Origin: a virus
Lineage: Duplodnaviria; Caudoviricetes
IMG/VR virus record: IMGVR_UViG_3300033070_001497
Span: 45,315-109,314 of that record
Strand: one strand, 5' to 3'
Length of the DNA: 64,000 bases
The position numbers and the translations under genes are program-made. Positions 28,136-37,075 of the stretch are shown here, piece by piece. The notes under the pieces are model-generated. The model worked only from the letters and a program-made list of their open reading frames with translations, was not told the origin of the DNA and did not search any database. Within the stretch, counting starts at the first letter, position 1. Each line of letters opens with the position of its first letter.

Positions 28136-31100
28136 ATGAGTCGGATATTGAAGAGGACGTCCTTCGGCCTCGTGAGGACGAACCCAAAGCTGACGACGAA
28201 CATTCAGATTGTCGCCGATTCGAAGGATCACCTCTATTTGGAGACGATCGATGCGAATCCTGCGTTGAGTCGCTCTATCTACAAGGGCTACCCAATCAGC
28301 TCAAAGAACAGCTACAGCTACGATCTGGCCCGTTTCTACTCACAGAATGGCAACCAGGTATCACCGAAGGACGCTTATTTCGTCCACGAGAAGGACGAGT
28401 CCATCGAGCCAAAGGACCGTTACAAGAACCAGTACGATTTCACATACTGCACAGGGTTCTACGTCAAGAACTCGAGGATCTACGATGAGGAGTACGCGAT
28501 CTTCGCTCCGCTCTGGCTTGAGAAGGACAACATCCCTACTCGATTTGTCATCTTCAAGATGGATGGGCCAGTATCAGTCAATGTGGCCGGAGAGAGCAAC
28601 TCCAATCTGAACAAGGACATTGAGCCGATCTTCGACGAAATGGTCAAGGATCCGGCCAACTTCTACGAGAATGTCATCAAGAAAGCCAGGATCGTAACGT
28701 CTTTCGACCTGACAGAGAAGACGGAGCTGGGCAGGTACATAAGCCGGCACACCAACGATCCGGATTTCCCTGAATCGCCGATCTACTACTCCCCACAGAA
28801 GAACTCACAGACATACTGGCAAGGGATCTCGTTCGACAAGGGCGGATTCGTGAAGAAGAGCCAGGATGTCTACCTCGAGCACGTTGCGGTCGATAAGACG
28901 ATCATAGAGGCCGACGATTTCATCACGACTGGGTTCCAACGAAACTCGGTCGTGTTAGCCAATCTGCTCAACATCGAATTCCTGTTCGATGATCCGGATG
29001 AGACGAAGTACGAGTTCTCGCGGTACTTTGGGCTCTACATGAACGAGGTGGAATTCGGTAAGTTCGTCATCGATGGAGCCAGGCTCTTCGACGACCGAGA
29101 CCGAGAGACCACACAAGTCCTGAGGCCTTCCATGCCCAACTCGGTTGGGTACTACTACAACCGAAAGGACCAGCTACAAAGCAATGAGCTGGGAATCAAG
29201 GTATACCCTGAGGTGGTTGGGCCGACGGGAGCGTCTGGCATACACAGCGGCAGGTTGGTCACGTGGGAGGAAGTCCAGCTGAACAGGTTCGGATATGTTC
29301 GTGACACCGCATCGAACCTCTACTCGATCGATAGCACTAGGGACTGGACAGCCAGGTACACGTCGAACACATCGAGCTCGATAGAGCCGAATTTCGTCGG
29401 CGAACTATGGTTGGATATAGCGATCAACTATCCTTCGGCGATAAGCATCTACATCCCAGGGACATCGGTGAATGGGTACAATGCGTGGTATCTCCCAGGA
29501 TCTACTGGAGGAACAGCTAACTCGTTCTACTTCGAGACTTCGAGCTCGGTTGCGCCAGAGGCTCCGGCCTGGTTCTTCGTCCATGGCGGAACGCACATGG
29601 CCTACGGCTTGACTGCCGGAAACCCTAGCTCGCCGTGGGAGACTGTCTTCTACGACAGCACAACCGCTGGCGCGATGCCGGTGCAGATCCCAACGCCGGT
29701 CGTCGATTCTGGATACCTCAGGCTCAAGAACAAGCACATCAACTGGAAGACTTTCGGAGGATACGACGAACCACACTCCAAGATAGACGCCAAGCTCTCC
29801 TCGGTAAAGGGCCGGCCAGGTTTCTCGTTCAAGGTCCTTTCCACTCCAGAGTCAGGAGACGAGATCAGGATCAAGTACACCGATTGGACCGATGCTGGCG
29901 CCTCTGGCATCATCGATTTCTACTCCGTCTGTGGTGACGATTCGTTGCCAGCCAACACGATCAACGGGCTGCAATGGAGCACCAGGGGCACGATGAAGGA
30001 CATCGCAAGCGCCATCTCGAAGGCGATCAACAACATCGAACGCCTGATCGGTGAGACACAGATCTTCAGATCGATCTCCAAATCGGATGAGGTGATCGTG
30101 TTCGCTATCAACGCAAGCGAGAATTGGAATAGGCTCAAGTGGTCCATATTCTCCAGCGCTTCGATCTTCCCATTCGACCCATTCAACGACTTCGAGCCCG
30201 TTCAAGGAATCTCTGGCTACGTTCCTACCCCAATCCAAGCCTCAACTCCCATCGATGGCCTCTACTACTTGGATCACTTCAGGGGCGGATGCGACAACCC
30301 GTTGGCCAGGTGCACGGTCGACAGGGACACCTACAAGGAGTTCATCGGAGACGAGCGAACGTTCATCAAGACTTCACAGGGCTATGACGAGCTAGGTGAG
30401 ATCTCCATGTACTTCGATGAGCCGATCTACAACGGCCAAGGTGAGATCGTCGACTTCAGAGGATACGATGAGAAGATGACCCTCATCCTGAAGGACAAGA
30501 AACAGCAGTTCGACCTTGGACAGGTCAAGAGGATCAGCCTGCACCGGTTAGGACTCAACAGGTGCGGATTCCTCTCGATCCTACCGATCCGAGATTTCGA
30601 CTTCGATTTCTGGAGCACGTACTACAACAAAGCCGTCGATTCTGGCACGACTGGGCTCTACGGATGGTATACCTCTGGGACTGGCGGAACCGGACAGATC
30701 CCGCTGTTCAACTACCCTAGCCTGAACGCAAACGCACAGTACGTCGTCGATTCGTTCATTGGACCGACATCAGATTTCCTGGTCAACAGCGGATTCCAGG
30801 CCCTCGTAGGGATCACGGATGAATTGGAGGACACCGAGGATGTGCCGATGAACGAGTACGATCGGCTCAAGGAAAACTCGCTTTCCGCCCTTGCACTGTC
30901 ATCCCGAGTCGTTCCATTCATCAACAAGTGGGTGTACGACAATGAGTCAAGCGACGTGAGGGAGAACAACTACCGATTGAACGCCGACCAAGCTTTCTCT
31001 TACAACGGGTTCTCCCCATCGTTCGATCAGTTAGAGAGGAACCCAAAGTTCTTCACACACGAATGGTACTACCTCCAGAGGTACCCACCCTACATGTCGT

Positions 31101-33271
31101 TCGAAGAGAAGCTCGCGTCGTATTCCTACTTCGACGAGAATCTCAACTTCCCTAACATCCCACTTCCGACTGATTCGGCCTTCGATTCGGTCTGTGCCGG
31201 TTTGACTGGGGCGTCGGGCGCATCAGCTAACCTGCTCTCGGTAGCAGAAGACTACTTCACATCGTACTTCACCCGGGAAACCGTGGATGGGATCGATGTG
31301 CCAAGGGACTTCAGGTACTCCATCTTCGGATACGGTGATAGAAACAAGCACGCAGAGACCCTATTCCGTGGGGTCAATGTGGAAATCAAGGAGAGGCAAG
31401 AATCCTCGCCAATCAACCACAACAAGGATTCGATCAGGTTCATACCAAGCGAAAGGTACAACGGCTACAAGTTCTCGGCTGTGCTGACCGACAGCGACGT
31501 TGGCAACCAGATCACGGTGATCAAGAATGAGAAGTGGAAGGCGGTGACGCTGGTGATCCAGAGCGAGCTCAGGAACGATTTCACGATGTTCTACGACACG
31601 GAGGCTGGCGCCACGTCGTTCTTCATCGACAAGACGATCCTTTACTCGCTCAACCACAAGATCGATTTCGTTGGGCCGAGCGCGATCTACTCTGACAAGA
31701 AGGTGTCTGGAGGCATCGTGAATTGGATCGACGATGGCACAGATTTCATTGTGACAGGCGGATCAAGCGTGGATGGCACGTTCTGTAACTTCGCCGAGGA
31801 GATCACGCAGAACGGGAACGGCGTCTACAACAGCATCATCGCTACCGATGGCACATACACATTCGAGTTCCGGGACATCTTCGATGTCTCCACCTCGAGC
31901 TTCAGGTGCCGAAGGATCTTCAGCTCGACTCTGGACACTTACCCTATGGTGCCAGATGGCACAAAGAGCCTCTATCCGAACATCTACTACGTCATGTGGG
32001 CTTCGGAGTATTGGCTCAGGGACCAATATGTCCAAGCGCTTAGGACAGATGTCAGCTACGACGGAGGCGGATACAACGCCTTCAAGGTGATGAGCGATTC
32101 CATCACCTTCGGTGACATCGCGCACAAGATCAATAGCGGGATCCCAACCATCAAGTACGTGAACGTCGACAAGAACGGCAAAGTCGAGTACGACACGTTC
32201 TGCATCGAGCTGAATAGGCCGGAAACCCTCTACAAGCTCAGCTACGCCGAACCGACGAGGATCACGAACAGGCCGATCGATTTCCAGAACTCGACGCTGA
32301 GCATCGGGTATGAGCTCAAGGCAACAAAGAGGACCAGCGTCATCGAGTTCACGAGGGTCAAGGGCGGCTTCAGTCCAAAGTTCGTGGATGTCTTCAAATT
32401 CGCGGACACCGAAGCCCTGAGAGAGGAAGGATTCGACTACCAGAACATCCAATTCTACCTGGGAGATTCGTACCCGTTTGGAGTGATCAAGAACCTCTAC
32501 TTCAACAAGGTCAACACGGAGAATCCGAACCTTATCCTTCGGTCATCGAGCGACAAGGATCGATCCATATTTCCTGACATAGACGAGATCGCCATCGACT
32601 ACGCTGACTTCTTTGTCTTCAGGTCCAATTGGGATCCGTTCTTCTACCGAAAGTACCTGAAAAAGGACGTGTCGAACCCAGTCATCGGAACGAGGGAGCC
32701 AAAAGAGATCAAGGCGTTCTTCGCGTCGAAGACCATCGCGATCCCAGATGTAGTCAGGATCGAGAACTTCCCAGAAGGAGCGATCTCTATCCAAGAGTTA
32801 GGAAGGATATCCATGATCGAGACAGTCGACCAGAATGTGGTTTCCTCGGTCAAGGAGGGCCAGGACACCCGAACGCTAGAGCTGAACATCTTCACTGGGC
32901 TTGTGCTCGAGAATTGGCTCATCCAGAATGGGTTCGGTGCCAGCTTCACAAAGTACATTGACCCTAACTACTCGTTCGGCAACAAAGGCCTTGAGGACGA
33001 CATCAAGCTCTACATCAAGGAGAACATCTACGAGAGGTACTATGTGGCCGATGTGAACTTCTACGAACGGGTGATGAAGAAGGGTGAGAACCTGCCGGCT
33101 TTCAACTGGGAGTTGGACGACCAGGGCAAGTTGAGCGCCGGCTACGTCCAGAGCAAGGACTTCTCGGTCACTAACTTCTCGACTGAGAGCCTGGACTTTG
33201 CCCTCTCATACTCGGTGCCAGTCACCAAGCGCACGTCGATCGCCCTATCGATCATCCTTCGAAAGAAGTAA
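28136..33271 (+). CDS. Very large virion structural protein
   Basis: 1711-aa ORF in the structural cluster, preceded by a late-promoter motif. Confidence 0.6.
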   Translation: MSRILKRTSFGLVRTNPKLTTNIQIVADSKDHLYLETIDANPALSRSIYKGYPISSKNSYSYDLARFYSQNGNQVSPKDAYFVHEKDESIEPKDRYKNQYDFTYCTGFYVKNSRIYDEEYAIFAPLWLEKDNIPTRFVIFKMDGPVSVNVAGESNSNLNKDIEPIFDEMVKDPANFYENVIKKARIVTSFDLTEKTELGRYISRHTNDPDFPESPIYYSPQKNSQTYWQGISFDKGGFVKKSQDVYLEHVAVDKTIIEADDFITTGFQRNSVVLANLLNIEFLFDDPDETKYEFSRYFGLYMNEVEFGKFVIDGARLFDDRDRETTQVLRPSMPNSVGYYYNRKDQLQSNELGIKVYPEVVGPTGASGIHSGRLVTWEEVQLNRFGYVRDTASNLYSIDSTRDWTARYTSNTSSSIEPNFVGELWLDIAINYPSAISIYIPGTSVNGYNAWYLPGSTGGTANSFYFETSSSVAPEAPAWFFVHGGTHMAYGLTAGNPSSPWETVFYDSTTAGAMPVQIPTPVVDSGYLRLKNKHINWKTFGGYDEPHSKIDAKLSSVKGRPGFSFKVLSTPESGDEIRIKYTDWTDAGASGIIDFYSVCGDDSLPANTINGLQWSTRGTMKDIASAISKAINNIERLIGETQIFRSISKSDEVIVFAINASENWNRLKWSIFSSASIFPFDPFNDFEPVQGISGYVPTPIQASTPIDGLYYLDHFRGGCDNPLARCTVDRDTYKEFIGDERTFIKTSQGYDELGEISMYFDEPIYNGQGEIVDFRGYDEKMTLILKDKKQQFDLGQVKRISLHRLGLNRCGFLSILPIRDFDFDFWSTYYNKAVDSGTTGLYGWYTSGTGGTGQIPLFNYPSLNANAQYVVDSFIGPTSDFLVNSGFQALVGITDELEDTEDVPMNEYDRLKENSLSALALSSRVVPFINKWVYDNESSDVRENNYRLNADQAFSYNGFSPSFDQLERNPKFFTHEWYYLQRYPPYMSFEEKLASYSYFDENLNFPNIPLPTDSAFDSVCAGLTGASGASANLLSVAEDYFTSYFTRETVDGIDVPRDFRYSIFGYGDRNKHAETLFRGVNVEIKERQESSPINHNKDSIRFIPSERYNGYKFSAVLTDSDVGNQITVIKNEKWKAVTLVIQSELRNDFTMFYDTEAGATSFFIDKTILYSLNHKIDFVGPSAIYSDKKVSGGIVNWIDDGTDFIVTGGSSVDGTFCNFAEEITQNGNGVYNSIIATDGTYTFEFRDIFDVSTSSFRCRRIFSSTLDTYPMVPDGTKSLYPNIYYVMWASEYWLRDQYVQALRTDVSYDGGGYNAFKVMSDSITFGDIAHKINSGIPTIKYVNVDKNGKVEYDTFCIELNRPETLYKLSYAEPTRITNRPIDFQNSTLSIGYELKATKRTSVIEFTRVKGGFSPKFVDVFKFADTEALREEGFDYQNIQFYLGDSYPFGVIKNLYFNKVNTENPNLILRSSSDKDRSIFPDIDEIAIDYADFFVFRSNWDPFFYRKYLKKDVSNPVIGTREPKEIKAFFASKTIAIPDVVRIENFPEGAISIQELGRISMIETVDQNVVSSVKEGQDTRTLELNIFTGLVLENWLIQNGFGASFTKYIDPNYSFGNKGLEDDIKLYIKENIYERYYVADVNFYERVMKKGENLPAFNWELDDQGKLSAGYVQSKDFSVTNFSTESLDFALSYSVPVTKRTSIALSIILRKK

Positions 33272-33285
33272 CAGGTCTCCGGGCC

Positions 33286-33293
33286 GATAGATA
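33286..33293 (+). promoter_or_regulatory. Putative late promoter GATAGATA
   Basis: Intergenic, 60 nt before GTG 33354. Confidence 0.55.
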
Positions 33294-33353
33294 AGCAGAG
33301 CCGAGACGCGTCTTACTGGCGGCTGTCTGCTCGCACAAAAAGCGCAACCAAGA

Positions 33354-36254
33354 GTGTCGAACATCGTCATCAGGGAGCTACTTCCATCCGATCCGCTCTC
33401 GGAGGCGGTGGAGAAGATCAACTTCAATTTCGACCAGCTGATGTTGGCTGGCGGTGGCCCTCAGGGCATCCAGGGCAACACTGGTCCGACGGGTTCACAT
33501 GGGCCCATCGGCCCAAGGGGCTCGCTCTGGTTCAGCCACGGAGGTACCGGCCTCACCGCCACAGATGAGGGCGAGGATCTCAGGCACGAGGATCAGGTCC
33601 TTCTGATCACCGGCGACATCTACAGCTGGTACGAGCTCGGTGGATCTGGTGGCTCCACTGGCTGGACGTACAGCGGGATCAACATCATGGGCCCAACCGG
33701 CAGCGATGGACAGACGGGCGGCGCTTACGAGTGGCAATTCTTCCCTGGGTCCACTGGAAATGCCCAAGACCCTAACGCCTATGGACCGACAACTGGCAAC
33801 TCCTCGACCACACAGACGACCAACGTCGATTTCATCGTCCCAATAGAGCCGAACAAGAACTCCCTCTTCATAGGCAGCCGGCAATGGGCCTATGACAAGC
33901 TGGCAAGTTTCAACACCTTCCCAGATGGGTCCAGTGCGAGCTTGACATTCCAAGGAGATTCGCCCAAGATCACGATCATCCAGAAGGAAGTCAACTATGC
34001 TGGCCTCAATGGCCTTGCGTTCGGTGCGGTTGGGCTCACCTCGAGCGCGTCTTCCTTGCCACCGATGGGCGACCTGACCGCTCCGGTCACTGCCTTCGAT
34101 TTCGTGCACCTGGGGTTCGTCAGGGAGGCCACTCTCCCAGAGAAGCAGACGTTCCTGTTGAACTCCTTCAGGATGCCAGTAAGGCTCCAGATCGGGAATG
34201 ACACATCGAACTACCGTAGGGCAGACTTCACGTTGAACTCCCACCAGGCGACAGTATCGAACTACGACGTGACGAGGTTCATCCGGTCTGGACAGACTTC
34301 GGCCCCATTCGGCATCAACCGGCAACAGGCTTTCATCGAGATCGTAGCGAAGCACAACCAACACGGCGCCCTGTTGGGTGGCACATCGGGGTATGTCTCC
34401 ATCCAGGGCCACGCAGGCTCCGTCTCGGGATCAGCTGAGCACCCATACGGGTTCACGATCATTGGCCCAACGTATTCGAACGTTGGATCATACACGGCCT
34501 TCGTTGCCGGTGATCCATCTGCGCTGATCATCTCCAGGCAGATCACCACATACAACAGCGATTCATCGATCAAGTTCTATTCGCCGGGCAACGGCTTTGG
34601 CCTCTTCAACAACAACGACTTCATTGCGAAGTTCGTCGGCCTAGCCACTGTCAACGGCAAGAGTTTCCAGATCTCTGGCCGAAGGATAGGCATCAACCCG
34701 AAGTTCGACACGAACGAGGCTAGGCTGGTGCCTTTGATGCCATTCCATGTCAGGCAAAAGCAATCCAACCTGACTGGCTATTTCGTTGGGTCTGGGATCG
34801 TTTCCCACCCACACGCCGACACGTGGATGGCTGGATTCGATTCAGTGGATGGATCGAACGGAGTGTACACCCAACAGTTTGGCCTAGGGATCGGTTACAC
34901 CACGCCTGGCTTGAGCTTCACTGGAGAGAGAAGATTCCCACTCATCCAGACGTACATGAGCGCTATCGGATCAGCTGTAGCAGCTCCATTGGTCATGCAG
35001 ATCGGACAGGAAGAGGACATGGGCAACCTGATGCTCGGACTCTCGCCTAACCCGAACTACTACATGCCAAAATCGAAGCTCTCGGTCTTTGGCTCGATAA
35101 ATGTCGGGTCGACCGCTTACCACGCGGTGACAGTTTCCAAGGCGCCGGACTTTGGCATCAGGTCAGAGGGGCCTATCATCGTTGGTACACTCGACTTCGC
35201 GCCGACAACGACTGTCATTCCGGTCTCTTCTGGTGTAACTGGCTTGATCGGCTCGACCTATGCCTTCTACTCCACGCAGAAAGTCATCTCCAGGAACTTC
35301 GTCGCGACGTCGAACAACGGACAGGTGAATTCGTCTATCAAGTCAGCCGCATTCGCGACCTCGGACTTGGTGACAGGTCTCAGGGGTGCCACGTACGCAG
35401 GAGAGGCTTACATCACCGTCAAATCCGGCAATTCGTCCTCCGACGATGTCATCAAGTTCTCAGCGGTCAGCGATGATGCTAACGAGATCAACGCCTACGC
35501 CGTACAGATTCTGAAGATCCATGCGATGAAGCCGAGGTACCTCTCGGCGTACAACCTGACACAGTTCACGGAGATCATCGCTAGCCCAACTGCGACAGGC
35601 AACTATGGTCTAACTACGATTCCGACGAACAGCTCGGTGATCGTCCTTGACGGTGGAGGCACGCACGACCATGATGGCTACTATTCCACGTGGAAGGGCC
35701 ACTTCGAAGCGGAACAGGGGTTGGTCGCTAACAGCACATACTTCATGGTCGAGCTCCAGGATGGGTTGTACGATGGACAGGAAGTCGAGATCATCTCTAA
35801 TGGTTGGGGCACGAGAGGCCTCTATGGCAGCGCCCAGCCGGCCTTCTCGTTCAAGAACAACGCCAGGTGGCCGCTGACAACCGCGGTTCCGAAGATGATC
35901 CTCCAGAAGGAATTCAACGGCGGTGGACAGACGGACGCCATCAATGGATATGGCTTCGATGGACCGCTGAACCCTGGCTTCGGCCTCCCTTACCCGTTCC
36001 CACACGGCGCTAAGGTCGCTGGGCCTGCGCTTTCCAATGAGTCGGTCGACAACAGCAAGTGGTCACAGCAGGGCCAGTTCACAGTCTTTGGCTCCAAGAC
36101 GATCAAGCTCCGTTGGATGCGCGTCATCCCAATGGAGAACACGCTCTATCTCAACAAGTACCGTTGGGTAGAAATCTCGCGCACATCCAACTCAGTGGAT
36201 GACACGATCACCAACGGCGCATACATCGGTAACACTGGATACACAGTCGGATGA
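33354..36254 (+). CDS. Tail fibre protein with short collagen-like segment
   Basis: DPLSEAVEKINFNFDQL anchor followed by GPQGIQGNTGPTGSHGPIGPRGSLW. Confidence 0.7.
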   Translation: MSNIVIRELLPSDPLSEAVEKINFNFDQLMLAGGGPQGIQGNTGPTGSHGPIGPRGSLWFSHGGTGLTATDEGEDLRHEDQVLLITGDIYSWYELGGSGGSTGWTYSGINIMGPTGSDGQTGGAYEWQFFPGSTGNAQDPNAYGPTTGNSSTTQTTNVDFIVPIEPNKNSLFIGSRQWAYDKLASFNTFPDGSSASLTFQGDSPKITIIQKEVNYAGLNGLAFGAVGLTSSASSLPPMGDLTAPVTAFDFVHLGFVREATLPEKQTFLLNSFRMPVRLQIGNDTSNYRRADFTLNSHQATVSNYDVTRFIRSGQTSAPFGINRQQAFIEIVAKHNQHGALLGGTSGYVSIQGHAGSVSGSAEHPYGFTIIGPTYSNVGSYTAFVAGDPSALIISRQITTYNSDSSIKFYSPGNGFGLFNNNDFIAKFVGLATVNGKSFQISGRRIGINPKFDTNEARLVPLMPFHVRQKQSNLTGYFVGSGIVSHPHADTWMAGFDSVDGSNGVYTQQFGLGIGYTTPGLSFTGERRFPLIQTYMSAIGSAVAAPLVMQIGQEEDMGNLMLGLSPNPNYYMPKSKLSVFGSINVGSTAYHAVTVSKAPDFGIRSEGPIIVGTLDFAPTTTVIPVSSGVTGLIGSTYAFYSTQKVISRNFVATSNNGQVNSSIKSAAFATSDLVTGLRGATYAGEAYITVKSGNSSSDDVIKFSAVSDDANEINAYAVQILKIHAMKPRYLSAYNLTQFTEIIASPTATGNYGLTTIPTNSSVIVLDGGGTHDHDGYYSTWKGHFEAEQGLVANSTYFMVELQDGLYDGQEVEIISNGWGTRGLYGSAQPAFSFKNNARWPLTTAVPKMILQKEFNGGGQTDAINGYGFDGPLNPGFGLPYPFPHGAKVAGPALSNESVDNSKWSQQGQFTVFGSKTIKLRWMRVIPMENTLYLNKYRWVEISRTSNSVDDTITNGAYIGNTGYTVG

Positions 36255-37075
36255 TCCCATTCTCGTCAATAACAGCGTGCGTTGGCAAGTTCCTAAGAGG
36301 GCTAAAGCTCAAGGACATGCTCTGGATAGTCGGCGTCATTCTGGCGATCATGCTGTTCAAGCAGTGTTCGACCATCAACGAGCTCAGGCAGCGAGAGAAG
36401 ATCATCGAGCAGAATGCGATCGCTCTCACTGACACAGTCAAGATCGAGAGGACGAACCGAGAAAGGACGCTGAATGCGTACAAAGCGGTCATGGTCGCCG
36501 ACCAGGAGGAATTGAAGAAGCTGAACAGCGACCTCTATTGGAAGATCGATTCTCTGAAACGGGTCAAAGGGATCAGGGGCAATGTCCTGACCTTCCAAGA
36601 AGCCGGAGTCAACATCAAGGGCGATACTGGCATGGTCGAGGCTACTGTCGTCTATGTGTCTCCAAGCGGAGACGTCAGGCTGAGGTTCGAGCGTGATACC
36701 GCTTTCGATGCGTACAACTCCAGGGGCCTGGCTGGCCACCTGGATTTCCACATCGATTCGATGGACATAAGCAATGCGTCGATGACGATCGATCGAGACG
36801 ACATCTCGATGAGCCTTGCCACTGGGATCACTGAGGAGGATGGCACCTACAAGATCTTCGTCAGCTCAGATTTCCCTGGGTTCACAGTCACAAAGCTCGA
36901 TGGCGCGGTGCTAGATCCGAAGATGCTACGTAAGATCGCGAGCGATGAGAGTTCATTCATCTTTGGGCCTCAGCTAGGGTTCGGCTATTCGTTCGGAAGC
37001 TCGACTCCAGCTCCAATCATAGGGATAGGGATCTCTTACAACGTCAACAAACCGTTCAAATCGCTTCTGCGCTGA
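36251..37075 (+). CDS. Membrane-anchored coiled-coil protein (spanin-like lysis accessory?)
   Basis: TM helix MLWIVGVILAIMLF-KQC, coiled coil, C-terminal GPQLGFGY...IGIGISYNV beta-hairpin. Confidence 0.45.
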   Translation: MIPFSSITACVGKFLRGLKLKDMLWIVGVILAIMLFKQCSTINELRQREKIIEQNAIALTDTVKIERTNRERTLNAYKAVMVADQEELKKLNSDLYWKIDSLKRVKGIRGNVLTFQEAGVNIKGDTGMVEATVVYVSPSGDVRLRFERDTAFDAYNSRGLAGHLDFHIDSMDISNASMTIDRDDISMSLATGITEEDGTYKIFVSSDFPGFTVTKLDGAVLDPKMLRKIASDESSFIFGPQLGFGYSFGSSTPAPIIGIGISYNVNKPFKSLLR

